In this document: positions 27,465 through 40,500 of the stretch, in pieces
How the letters are laid out: every line of letters starts with the position of its first letter
How positions within the stretch are numbered: the stretch's first letter is position 1
Source of the DNA: Phallusia mammillata
Lineage: Eukaryota
Assembly (NCBI GenBank): GCA_965637545.1
Contig: OZ281497.1
Location: 22,072,001-22,136,000 of the forward strand
DNA: 64,000 bases
Direction: 5' to 3'
Notes under the pieces: model-generated
What the model saw: only the letters and a program-made list of their open reading frames with translations
Told to the model about the DNA's origin: nothing
The model's database searches: none
Made by a program: the position numbers and the translations under genes

Positions 27465-29472
27465 CTATGCATCGTCGCAAGAGTCAGTGTCATCACCTGG
27501 GTTTTCATTTGGCTGTTGGATTTTTGCCCTTTTCACACGCCCGCCATCCCAGTCACCAACCCCTGGAAGGCCCCGTTTAACTGCAGTGCCTATTTCCTGG
27601 TGACTGGCACCATTGTGTCTGGTGTATGGCAGCACATCTACAAAAGTTAAAAACAAAAATTCAATGAATTGAATTTTAAAATCCGTATCATCATAATGAT
27701 AATTACAAAAAAGTTTAAAGAAGTCTTACCTATCAAAAAAGCAAACAAAGGATGAGTTTTAAAAGAAATTTTAGTCTGTTTCCTTCCACAACCCAATCCA
27801 CTCCATGAAAATTTAAGTGCTAGATTTTTCGTCATAAACAACTTGATGAAGTTGCGTAATGTGCCTCGCAGGCCGTCCATATCAATAACTTTTCCAATTC
27901 TTTTCTTGTCCTTCAAGTATGTAAACATGCAATTATGATCACACATAAAACATCGAAACAAATAGAAATGTTTGTCATCCAGTAGTAGGACTGGCAATTA
28001 AATGATAATTTAAGTTACAGTAAAAAAAAACAGATTTTGTTAACACACTACCTGACAATTAAGAGTATTAAGTATTATTGCCCTTTTAGGTGAAAATGTA
28101 GCTTACATTTATTTGAGTGATTAATTCAAGCAGATCTTTTTCATTGTCCGCTGGCTCATGAAAGAAACTTTCTGTCACGGTCGCACACACTTCTTTTTGT
28201 TTCAGTAGTTCAACAATGGTTTCTAGTTTGTCGTCCATCCTTTCCATCTTAGCCATTAGGGCTTGATATTCATTACTATTTAAAGGTCTTTGTTTTGGTG
28301 GTAATGGCCGTTTAAATGTATTTCTGAACATAAAATGAGGTAATTTAACATTTTATGACATAGAAATAAGGAGGTTAAAACAAAAGGAAACCTTAATGCA
28401 ACAATATGCCTTGATCATTGATTATAAATAGCATCAATATGTAATTGAAATAATACAAAAACACAACAGGTCATATTGATAAAGTGGAGTACCCATTGAA
28501 GCAATATTCAGGAGCTAGTGATATGTACATACATTCTTGGTGATGTGTCTGTCCTTATTAATGGTGAAATGTTCTTCGAATAATGAGGTTCTTCTTCGAA
28601 GGATACGTCTGACTCGGAGTCCTCAAAATTACTTTTGGTGTATCCCTTTTTTATACACCGATCATAAGTACCTGCAAATATATAATACAGCCAGTCATGC
28701 TTATAACAAATTTTTTAATACACTTACTAGCTTGACAGAGAATAGTACATGGGCATGTGCACCATTCTTTTTCTGCCACAACTTCTTGTTTGGTCAAATC
28801 CTGCACGTTACACATCTCTGGTGGCCATTTGCAAGCCTCCGTGCCCACCATCCATCCTTTAGGCCAGGGGCGGGCCAGATCCGGCCCGTGACGGGGTTTT
28901 CAGCGGCCCGCGGACAGTTTCCGGTCTTACATGATAATGTGGCCCGCGGCCACAGTCTGCCACAATCACCCACTACTTGCTTACTATGTCAAATTATAGT
29001 TGTAACGGACAGTAACGCTCCCCAATAATAAAAAAAAACTTTCCTGCCGTTGTTACCATTGCACCATACGTCCATTGTTACGACATAACTGCCAACCTTA
29101 TGTGTGGTCTGCTTTCACGGTTTCCTTTGTTTCCACACGTGTACCCTAGTTATAGTGTTTCAGCAGTACCTAAGTCTGTGGTGTATGCATTAAATTTGCT
29201 GTGGTGAATAATTTTATGTTATATCAGTTAGATTGTTTGGACTGTATTGTAATTGTGACGTTCTTGATTGTATTTGGTTTAGTTTAGGTGGTCAAGAATC
29301 CGTTTTAAATCACTGGATAAATACGCGATTAATGTGTCGATTCAGGAATCCGGCCCGCCAAGTACTTCGTTTTCCCATATCAGGCCCGCCGACTGGAGAA
29401 GTTGCCCGCCCCTGCTTTAGGCACAACATCATTTGTGCCGTCACCAAACTTTACACAGACAAAGTTTTTCAT
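27465..29472 (-). pseudogene. Spliced accessory gene of the transposon (DUF4806-like C-terminus), disrupted
   Basis: N-terminal FVCVKFGDGTNDVVPKGWMVGTEACKWPP is recovered after removing the nested MITE. Coiled-coil segment LMAKMERMDDKLETIVELLK. C-terminal LFMTKNLALKFSWSGLG..KISFK and GDWDGGR. This matches my recollection of accessory proteins of animal CACTA-like elements; no search was run. Confidence 0.65.
28865..29414. mobile_element. hAT (Charlie/Buster-like) MITE nested in the transposon accessory gene
   Basis: Perfect 8-bp TSD ctttaggc. Perfect 11-bp TIR caggggcgggc / gcccgcccctg. Repeated ggcccg motifs. Confidence 0.95.
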
Positions 29473-29514
29473 TTTTTCAGCTCTGTAAAATCTCTATTGA
29501 AAACATATATAATT

Positions 29515-31564
29515 TTAATTTTGCAGTAAATTAATAGCAACAAATTTTTCTTTGTATGGCAGTATAATACACTTTCTTATTTCTTGATTAACTTTTAGCA
29601 ATTCAAAATCTTTTTTTAAACCATACACTAAATTTTTCCACTTCTTTAGAATTAACAGGTAATTTAAAAAGTGGATAATTCTTTACATACTGCTGAACGA
29701 TAAAATATAATTTAGAATCAATGTCACAAATGTCACACACTTTGTAAACTTCATTTTTGTGCAACACAGTGGAGTCAGCAATTGTATTTCTTTTAATAAG
29801 AAAATTACTATTTGGCAGTTTACAAGTCTTGTAATAACATAGTGTAAAAAAGGTGGGCGGAAAATCTATTACGAGGTTAATCTCAACCAATGCTATAGCT
29901 TGTTTTTCACGAAAACATTGCCTAGAATCATCAAATGAATACTGAAAATTTTGGTTTTCATAATATGCAAATCTTGCAATTTGTTGTAAAGGTTTGAAAC
30001 CAGATTTGACAATATTTTTCAAAGAACCCAAATAATTTTCAAATGGGAAACAGTTGATGTTTTCTAGAGAACCATATTTTTTGTAATCATCAGACAAATG
30101 AATTAAACAATGTACATTATAACTGACAAATGATTTACCATAAATAAGTGCACACTTACAAACAAAATCTTTTAGCATTTTAGCACTTAAATTTAATTCT
30201 TGTTTTGTAATGTTGACAGATAATAAATATCTCATAGCTACTGAAAATCCCAAAAAATGATAGTATCGTTCAGTAGAGAGGATGTTTTCATTTTTTAATA
30301 AAACTATTCCTACATACAGCATAAATAATCTAAATTCTGTTGCTTTCCAGTAAAGCAAATCAGGGCCTCAATTTTCTGTTAAATTCAAGGGGTATAAATT
30401 CTTTGTATCTCTTAATGTTCTCACTGATCAACATTAGAGCTGTTGATGAAAGCTTTGGTGGAAGTTGTCGTGGAACTCCTCTCCACCAGATTAACAATCG
30501 CCGCATTACTCCTAAACATGTCAAGTGCATATAATCTAGTACAAAGCCTGTAACCATTTCCACATTAAAAGCTGTCAGAACTGAAGTACCAGTGTGGTGG
30601 TTGGAATCGATTTGATGCGAAAAGTCATCATCAGTTCGACTTGGCTCATCTGTTTTCAACTTGCACACCCGATTGTCGAAATATTCACCTTTTACCGTGC
30701 ACCTTTCACAGCTGTGGTAGCCAGTGTGAGACTTGATTAGTTTCAGACTGGAACGAGCTGGAGCATCACAAACATATATTCCTGAATTTCCAAGTTTGTA
30801 AGTAAGGGTATCGCTGCAAATTGGATTGCTTTGCAAATCTTTTATGTCATTTAGTAGTGAATCCAAAAAAACACTCGGGTCTGGCATCTCTCTGTTTGAA
30901 GATTTGTTTGTGCAATAAATTCCTGCACATAGTGGTTTCATATTGACATTTAAAATTGACATAAGTATTGGATAAACTTTAAAATTTGGTGACCCATTAA
31001 ATAAAGGCAAACCATCAATATTGATTAATAAGTAGTACTTTGTTTCACATGTTGATGCCACTTGTCTGATCAAAACTGATTTAAGATTATCTTTCCAATT
31101 GTTAAAGTGTACATAAGCACCACCTAACATATTTTCATAGCAGAGCTTTGGATGTGGCAGCAAAGTGTAAAAACTTGCTGGCAATTCTTTATGAAAGGGT
31201 TGCAAAACTTTGAGTAGTCGAGATACTGCAATTTTTGGTACATTTGGTTCTGTTATTGCCCAGTGCTGAATTGCATTTGTAAGGCTCGGTTTGGTATTAT
31301 ATGCCATTGGCATTGTCTCTGTTGGCTGTAAAATAGGTGCAGAATCAGAGCCAGACATTGATGTTATTGAGTTGGTTGAACTACATATGCTTTCACACTC
31401 ACTGTGTGGTTCAGAATCTTTCATGCTGTGGGTATCTTCCGCAATTATTAAAGCTGCTGCTGCTTGTAGTTTCCTTTCTTCGAAGATTGCTTCCTTCTCC
31501 ATTTCTGTGTTCTTTTTAAGTTGCTGAATGTTTTGTACGCTGCACCCTTTTTTGGTGGCATCAT
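29515..31564 (-). pseudogene. CACTA/EnSpm-like DDE transposase, frameshifted
   Basis: Motifs INIDGLPLF, VCDAPARS, HTGYHSCERC, LDYMHLTCLGV, WKATEFRLFMLY, YNVHCLIHL and FPFENYLG. Clear frameshift at ~30360 and probable ones at ~31490 and ~29610. Confidence 0.9.
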
Positions 31565-32923
31565 TAACCTACGTATTTTAGTCAGATCCAAAATAAACAA
31601 TATAGTCGTCGTACACTAGTAAACCTCCTTGATTAAGACTTTCCCGCCGCCAAGCAACACGTGATCGCTCTTAGTCCGGATTCAAAACGTTCAAGATTAG
31701 CATTAACCAATCAGGACAAACAACGTTTCGTAAAGTTCACAGGTCAAATGATTGCGCAAGTATTGTGCAATTTGGGTTCAACAACGTTTACTTGACAATT
31801 GACATGATTTGTGACATGTGTAATATCTATGTAATTGACGCCCTGAGTTGTCAAAAATTAGGCGCTAACGAACCGTCACGTCAACTTTAGGCTCGCTAAA
31901 GGTACAAAAAAAATAATGATCACACATTAATTGCATTACTTTTATTTTTTTTAATGTTTACCAATTCAAGTCGTCGTACGAATTGTCTTAAAACTATCGC
32001 GTGAAAATGGTGTCAATAATAACATTGTCAACCAATAGCTTAATATTCTCTCAGATACCGCATTTCGCCAGACTCGAACAGGTGTGGCGCCACACTCTCG
32101 GCACCCAAGTATGGCATTTTCTTGCTTAATCTTATCAAAGCCAAGTGTAATTATACAACATTTGCCATTTTAGGTCCTAGTATGGCGAAACCATGTAAGA
32201 CCCATAGAAACAAATATGGCGTATGCTCTGTTAAGTATGAATCGGCCGATCCTGGCATAAACGATAGAAAAACGAGTGTTGGTCGGGTATGGCCCGGGCG
32301 TTAGGTGTAGAAAATTTTTGACTGGGTATTTATTTGAACCGACAAAATGTACTTCCTTTATCATTGCATCCAACCTAATGCTATGTATCAGAAGCGCAAA
32401 ACATTACTTATGAGCATATTTTGCCACTGCAACGACCCGTCACATTGGTGTAGTTACATGGGGTCATGCACAACTAGGCCCACGCAGGAACAACATCCAA
32501 CATTTAAAAAAATCATAACATTGGTTTATCAAACTCATATAAACTGTGAGGTCATTAATTCGTAATTCCGGAATCCGCAAGTGGGCCGAAGCACACTAAT
32601 ATGTTTTTTTCCTCTACGTGCTAGTAAACAAGTATGCAGGTGAAATAATCGAAAATATGTGTTAGTTTTAAACGCGTTTACATTTCACGATAGGCATGCA
32701 GTTACACTCAAACGTCCGACAGCAAAGCCTCGTTTGTCTGTCACAAAGCACTAACAACTATAATTATAAGTGGTACGTTCAATAGGAAAATCATACCTGA
32801 CGGTAGACCCACATTTAGCATATTTTCGATAGGTGGCGGACGAGAACTAGTATTTAGGAATTAAACAGATTCGTGCGTTTAGTTTTTTTTTCAGCCAACT
32901 AGTTTGAATTAAACCAAAAACAT

Positions 32924-34665
32924 CTCGATGGTATGTCAATGTATGAATATTAAACTCAGATATGCCTATAGTTTAGGGTGCAAAAATATCAACGAACGAA
33001 GATTGAGGCGCCGGAAAGAGAAAAGTTTCTTCGCAATTCGGGTTGGATCTAAACCAGGGGTGGGGAACCTACTTAGTACTGCGGGCCGCATGAATTGCAC
33101 AACATTTTCGGGCGGGCCAAATATTTTTTTATTTTCAAATTCCGTGTAAAAATGCCCTAAGCACACAAGTGTTTTATATTTCATCGCTCCGGATTTTTTT
33201 ATATTTCATCGCTCCAGATTTTTTTCTTTGCTGTTACTTATTTGCAACAAACATGGAATTCAGGTTTATCACTTAATTCGACTAACATTTTTCCATTCTT
33301 CTGGAATACCCTAGCTCCGTTATACCGAATACATTTTATAGCTCTAAAATCAATTTAAAACTAACACCACATGGCAAATACTGCAAGGAGAGGTCGAGTG
33401 ACTGTTACGTCACAAATAGAATCGAGTGACTGTTACGTCACAAATAGAACCGAGTGACTGTTACGTCACAAATACAGCAAGTGGTTGAATGTGTGGCAAT
33501 TTTTGTACGTTTGGCGTCAAACGTGGAAGTGTCGAAGTCATTTCAAGTAAATATTTGTACATAAACATTTTATTGTTTTTTTTTATGTTAAGTTTTATGC
33601 TGTACTTTAACAAAATGTTGACGCGGGCCACTTTAAAAAGGCAAGCGGGCCGCAGGTTCCCCACCCCTGATCTAAACAATGAACGTTCGCGAACCGTTCG
33701 AACGAATGTTGTCCGCATACAGACAAAAGTTGGAAAAAGCGACTTCTGAATTTTCAGATCGTTCTAAAGCGATTCGTGCCAAGTACGGTCCAAAAGGTAT
33801 ATATTTAGGCATTTTTTACTTTTCTTTGTAGCAGTGATAAACAGCCCTGGCTTCGCTGAGACGAAATGAGTCTCCATATATTAAGGTTTCAAATGTTTTC
33901 AAAACAATCGCTGTAAATGCTATACCGAGGTTTTCGCCAAAGGAAAAAAATGTTTCAGGTTTTAGGATAATTATTTGTATTTTTAGGTATGCTTTGTTGC
34001 CTGAACGAGCTATAGATAAATTTTACGCATCAAAGACTAGAAACGCTTGGAAATACCCCTTTCATGATTTTCTGGCTATTTTGGCGGTTACTCCATGAAA
34101 TATTAACAGACAAAAAAACAACCCAAATGTTTCGTTTTTAAACTGCGTCACAATCGTATATAGTTGTTAAAATGTTTGAAGGTTACTGAATAACCTTAGG
34201 GTATAATAGCCATGTAGACGCAAATCAGAAAATTGCTGTTTTGTTACTGAAAGATTTTCTGACATGAGCATTTTAAATTACAAGTCATATTATTGCAAAA
34301 ACCCTCTCGGAACGTGTGTCATTGCGCTGGTCTCTGCGTGAGTTATTATTACAATATGTTACAGTATAATACAGAGCAAATTACTGTAATCTTGTGTGAG
34401 CAAACCACAGTTCTTTTCTCTTTACTCGCTTTATTACAGGTATTTCCTGAAGCTCATCGATGCACCAAAGCATATCACACACGGACCAGCGTATACCCGC
34501 CACAGCGACGAAGATATGACACTTCAGTATTACGCAACCGTGGAACCTCGTGAGCGTATCATTCAACTCTACTCACTTCTGCTACAAGATTACCTTATGT
34601 TCGGCTATCCTCCTCCCAAAGCCCTTACTCGTTTGTTCGGAAATGGCAATCCATCATGGCAGTAA
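32924..34665 (+). pseudogene. Partial sulfotransferase duplicate
   Basis: Begins at the end of exon 2, so there is no start, TM anchor or 5'-PAPS motif. Exon 3 is split by a MITE. Exon 4 is removed by a deletion at ~34190. The last exon differs from the intact gene by one residue (E>D). Confidence 0.92.
33055..33669. mobile_element. Young hAT MITE inserted in the sulfotransferase pseudo-exon
   Basis: Perfect 16-bp TIR caggggtggggaacct. Perfect TSD atctaaac. The empty site is visible at 15151 (atccaaac). Internal 28-bp x3 repeat at ~33395-33475. Confidence 0.97.
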
Positions 34666-35219
34666 TAGTATATTCCATCTAGTCTGTATAAATGAGCTTG
34701 CAAGCACATTTTTATACGTTTGAGAAACATTTCAAAAACACAACTTAACTTGCATTGCTCTTTCACATTCCGTTGCGGCTTTATTTGATAAAGTGATGTC
34801 TTTAAAAGATTGTGTTTTCAGTTCCGCTGTTGTGTCTTTATTTTCCACTCTATTGGCCTGCTGATACAGCAATAAGTTGTACATAAATACTTTTTGTTAC
34901 CAAACGCTCAAACCAGCACATAACATATATGCAACTGCTAGAATAGAAGGTCTGCACTGTAGCTTGTCCTAAAACCAGTTGTTCCATATGCAACATTATA
35001 CGTGATGTAAATTTTTGCTTACAAATGTAAATCATGTTTACTGATGAAAAGTTTCTGGTGTGTGAAAATATCCGCCTTTGTCATGGACAGTGCATTAGAT
35101 TGCCGAAATATAACTCTTAGTCTCTTAAAAAAATATGTTGCAAACATTGCCTCATTTAAATAGACTCTCGCAGTCAGGCATAAGCCAAAGGGTGACTAGT
35201 TTACAAGCGTACATTACAT

Positions 35220-35733
35220 CAGTGATTTTCAACCGGTGTTCCACGAAACACTAGTGTTCCGTGGAAGATCGTCAGGTGTTCCGTGAGAAATTTACTGGTT
35301 TGAATATAGGGTTCTAATGTTTTAGAGTTAGACTTATATGGTTTGACTAGAGTTTTATGTCGAACACCGGTTGAAAATCACTGGTTTAAGACAATGGGCG
35401 GAAATGGCTTCTCGTTTATGAAAGTATTTATCTGCCACCACTATTTCAAATGTTCCATAATGATTTCTGACGTTCAGCAAAACTGTTTGCGCGAAAAACA
35501 ATGAATCACGGAACAGCCAGTGCCAGGCGAATATAGTATTTAGGTACAATAGTAGTTTTAATGTTACGTTTTCATAAAACCTCTCCCAAACTTCAATAAC
35601 CCTATATGAGCGTTTCCATCCCTTTCAGTCAGAGCCTAGTTGTTTCATTACTTCAAAATGTCGTTTGGTGTTCCGCATAAATATTTAAATGCATATAGTG
35701 TGTTCCGTGGCTCAAAAAAGGTTGAAAACACTG
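35220..35733. mobile_element. hAT MITE, duplicate of 17010-17646 with an internal deletion
   Basis: Same termini and flanks as the 17 kb copy. Confidence 0.8.
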
Positions 35734-36597
35734 CATCAGATCACATGGTTATACTTGTAAAGCTTTCTCAATTTTAAACAGAAAGGAAAAATAAACAAAT
35801 ACCAACAGATTTTTAGGGGCAAAAACGAACAATAACGACATTAGAGGCCAACTTTTAAAAGGCAAATTTGCTTGATTCACGAGACATGTTTATTACCCCA
35901 AACCACAAAATTGTGAAGTGAACATGTGTTAAAGCCTAACTTTACCATGCAAAAACCGTTCAAGAAAGTAATAATAGTTTCCTAAGGTGGAAATGAACCC
36001 AATCCGTAATTAAATGCAGCAGCGAAGTGAAAAACGTATTTTTGTGTCTCGGGTGACACCTACCCGGAGGACAAAATTTTGGTCAAAATCTTGAGCAACT
36101 AAAACGGATGAAAACACACACCAGCAATCACCTATAAAAGTTGAGGCAAACTGAAATTGTCGTAGTTGGTGTCTAGGTATAAATTTCTTCTAAAATACAA
36201 AAATACCTAAAACCTACTCAAGTGTTGTACACGTAGGTCGAAAACGAATTCAAGCCAGTAGCAATACTTCGCCCATACTTCTGTATGGCAGATGTTTGTG
36301 ATATTGTCGTTTGCGGACATAATTGTAATTGTACATCATGAAAAAAATATTTAATAAAATAACTAAGGGTATTTTTGCGTAGACAAGTTTGGAAAACGTT
36401 ATCATTTATACATTTGAACTAATAAATAACCTATTACGTTATACCTGTGGTCTTCAAACTTGTTTTTGTCAACTTTTAACTATCAGGTAGACGAAGTATC
36501 CGTCAGTTTGGTGCTCTTTAATTCCGTTTAATTCTCTTGAATGTTACATTTATGCAGGCAGGTCCGACTTCGTAAATAGGATCCTTAGGATCTAAAC

Positions 36598-37019
36598 CAG
36601 TGAACCTCAACCGCGGCTCTCAGGGCCGCATGTGGCTTCCGACTACGTATTTTGTGCCCCTCAACAGACCTCAGAAATTTAATAAAGATTATTATAACTA
36701 TGAATAGCAACAAATCTCGATGTTTCAGACATTAGTATATTTAAAAGTCTATATTGGAGTATATTTAAACACTCCAACCCATTCAGTCTAATGGCGAGAA
36801 TAATTACGTACAGCGGTTAACCGTTATCGGCCTGTGTCGAATAAGTCAGAATCAGTATAGGCTTTCTGCAGATAAGTGTTATTGACAAAAAGTAGCTATT
36901 GATATTCTTGTTGTTCGGTGTTATGCTGCATTCGCTTTTATTTCGTTTTTTTTGCGGCTCCTCATATACTTCAAAAACTACCTTTTGGCCCCGACTACAA
37001 AAAAGGTTGATAACGATTA
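36598..37019. mobile_element. hAT MITE, duplicate of 18533-18954
   Basis: Perfect TSD atctaaac on both sides. Confidence 0.78.
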
Positions 37020-37517
37020 ATCTAAACCGTTTATTTAGTCAGAGTCCACATTAAGGTAATAATACGACAGATTCAAACTTTTGATTTAACACAACTAGCA
37101 TCACACGCTTTACCAACTTAACACACTAACTTCAGAATTCCAATGCAAAGCGCTACAAAACTGCCACACAAAAAATGCGTTGATTACAAACACGCTATTC
37201 GCACGAGGACAAACGTTCTGAAGGCAAAAAACGTCTATAGGCAAATAAAAGCAACAATGTTAGTAGCGATAGCTAAAAACACAAACAGGAATATAGCAAT
37301 AATACAGATTAGGGGTTGATATTTTTTGAAAACAAATGCTGTCCCATAATCAAGTGTACATATTTTTTGGAGCATAAATAAATCAAGAAGTCCAATAACA
37401 CTAAATGCACACTAAGGATGGTTTAATTGAAGCATTTTTGTACAGCATGAAAAATATCAGGTCCAAAAACAAAAAATATCAGAAAGATGAACATTTTTTC
37501 TCTCCATTCATACAAGT

Positions 37518-40500
37518 TTAGTATGTTTCAAAGAAGAATGGTTCTATGTAAAGTATGCTAAACACCTCAAGTACAAACCAACAATAGAGCCAGTTCTCAA
37601 CAGTAACAAGGTTGGAACCGCTGGTTGTTGAATTACTGGTTGTTGTTGGTGATATTGAGGATTGAGTTGCAGTCAGTTCCTGGGAGAGGGTCTCTGGATA
37701 GTAAAACGCTTGAAATAACCACTGCGCTATCACAAATTAGACATTACTTTCATATGTAACAACTATAATCTATTGTAAAAAACGCTCAACTCCTTGGTAA
37801 ATATATATTTACACATAACCTAATTGCAAAAGCATTATATTATATATTTGGAACAAGTCGCATAATGTGCAACAGCGCTGGTTTTATCTGCGACTTAATG
37901 GTTTACCAGTTGTATCTGGCTGGTTTGTTGCTGGTGACCCACTGTGAGGAATTGGTTTACTGATTTCCCGGTTACTGGTTGATTCTGCATCGCTGCTTGT
38001 TGCATGACTGGTTTGTAATAATTCTATTGTTGTTAATGGTTGATTTGTGTTCATAGGTGACATGGTTGGTTCTTCACACATATTACCTGGATAAGTTATT
38101 TGTAACAAAAAAAGTTCATCAATAAGGTTGAATGCTAAATAAGTATAAAGCTACAAAAAGTAGATTCTGCTATACCAAATATTTGGCTTCGGTACAAAGA
38201 CATTGTGTCAAGTTCGGCTTAGAGACAAAACTATAATAAACAAACCAATGTCACAAATAGGAATGACTTCGGAGTAAATGTCTGTAAGAACAGCAGCAAG
38301 TTGTTCAAAGGATTCCACCGTGGTTACTCTTTCATAAGATACTCCTCCGTTGGCGCTGATTTGAAGTTGCCCATAGTCTACTCCTGTGCCAATTCCAATG
38401 ACGTAGACGGTGACGTTGTTGGATTGCGTCAGGGCAAAACTTAAAACAAAATATTTTTATTAGAAACTTTTCCCTGTAATATTACTATTCTTTATTTCCT
38501 AACAATATTTGATATTGCACTATTGATAATATGTCAGAAAAAGGTTTAGAATTCAGTGCTGGGGAATTTTAGTGGTGGGGGAAGGCCACTCAACATCTTA
38601 TCATCACTCGTGTAGGCCGCATACTATTTCACAGGCCTAGGACAGTGGTGTTTATTAATTTATAGAATGGTTGTTCTGTAATTTTTTCTTGCATAGTCGT
38701 GGGACTTACGGTTCAAGCTGAATAAAGATAAATAAACTTGCCACGACATTTCCTCCTTCACTGTACATTAGGGTTAATTTTAGCCATGAGCTCTTGGTAG
38801 TCCTACGCGGAAGTCGCCTTGTGTGCCACTACGGGACCATTGGCTCTAGTTTAAACACCGCTGCCCTAGAACTTATAAAACAGTAATGGGAAATCAGAAA
38901 AAAATACATTTTTGTTTGATTTTCTTTGACTGGTGCAGCGTGCAATATCAAGATCCTAAAATGTATTTGGGCATCGAAGGCCGCACTTAGTGCCCTAAAA
39001 ACCGCATGCGGTCTCAGTTTCCCAATCCCTGGTTTGGACTTTGGCAAATCTTACAACCTGGTATGAAGCAGGTTGGAATCTGTCGCTGATCCATCGGTGA
39101 TGAGAATTAGGATCTTTTTGGCGAAATCTGCCCTTGATGATTGATTGAAATCGATCTACACAAAATGAAAATACAGTAAGATGGTTAAATAAATTAAACG
39201 CCTGTAGCAACATAGATATGTATGTACTTCTTGGTCCTTGTCGAGTTCCTTTGGTTTGAAAACCGGTATTGAAAACAACAATTCACCGAACTTACTTTCA
39301 CGGCACGTTCGATCGCCCTTGCAGTATAAGTATTAGCTGCTTTCAAATGCTTCATATTCATGAGAGATTCTTGTAAACATCGGAACGTTTTGCATTCACC
39401 AAGTTTAGTAGGCGATTGATAGTGACTGGGACTCGTTGATAAATAAGTGAGGCTGAAAGCAAATTTTGAAAATAGTGTATCAATTAAAAAAAAATTTAGA
39501 AATGAAAGGTTACTTTCTGCCGTTTAAGTGGCCATATTGAAGAACTCCAACTTGTAGGCAGGAACAAATGGAACGCGTCAAGCTTAAAGACGAATTAAGA
39601 AGACCTTCTCTGATTGTTTCAAAACTTGAAGAGCTTATTGAATTCGAAGAGTCCACAAGTAAAATCAGATCAGTGCTGTTTGGTTTGGACGACGGGTCTA
39701 CAATGATAGAGTTACAACCGGTTTGTTGGTGGCCAATAACTCGCTGGTGGAATTTATTTTACCAGTTGTAGGTACTTTGATGGTCGTTGTTGACTCATTT
39801 ACGGGTGTTGGTTTGTCGGTGGTTATTGGCGTGAAGGTTGGTGTTTGCTCTGTTGTAAAATTCTTGCAGTCTGTATAACAACATTTATAATCCTTACAGG
39901 TCTATACGATTTCAAGCACTTTTTTATCTTCGTTGTTTAACCGGTCAAGGTTTTTAGCGGTGGTACAGTTTATAAAGTATGTTTTTGTACAGCAAGAAAC
40001 CAACCTGTGTCACAGTGTGGAACGACATGGGAGTAAATGTTAGTAAGAATGGCTGCAAGCTGCTCAAAGGATCCCACTGTGGTTACTCTTTCATCAGATA
40101 TTCCTCCATTGGCGCTTATTTGAAGTTGTTCATGACTTACTCTTGTGCCAATTCCAATGACGTAGACGGTGACGTTGTTGGATTGAGTCAGGGCAAAACT
40201 TAAAACGAAATATTCTTGCACGTAACTTTTCGCTGTAATATCACGATTCTTTATTTCTTATCAATATTTAAATTGCATTATTGACAATGTGTCAGGAAAA
40301 AGGTTTAAACTTTGCAAAATCTTGCAACCTGGTATGAAGCAGTTTGTAATCTGTCGCTTCTCCATCGGTGATGAGAACTAGGACCTTATTGGCAAAATCT
40401 GCCCTTAATGATTGATTGAAATTGATCTAAACGAAATGAAAATACAGTCAACTTGTACTTTATAAGATGGTTAAATAAATTTTACACTTATAGCTACATA

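Larger units (their letters stand above)
26606..32326 (-). mobile_element. Full-length CACTA/EnSpm-like (CMC superfamily, animal CCC-terminus type) DNA transposon, decayed
   Basis: 15-bp TIR cccagtcagaaattt / aaatttttgactggg (1 mismatch) flanked by 2-bp TA. Encloses a transposase, an accessory gene and a subterminal tandem array. Confidence 0.88.

Noticed and set aside
28537-29028. 163-aa + strand ORF
   Set aside because: It runs antisense to the accessory gene and into the nested MITE, so it is a chance ORF.
30350-30370. CCC-TGA at the transposase break looks like a +1 programmed frameshift site, giving RKLRP-DLLYWKATEF
   Set aside because: The product appears ~2 residues shorter than the usual RKPRSxxELxxWKATE spacing. 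The gene has other probable frameshifts and a MITE-disrupted partner gene, so simple decay is more likely.
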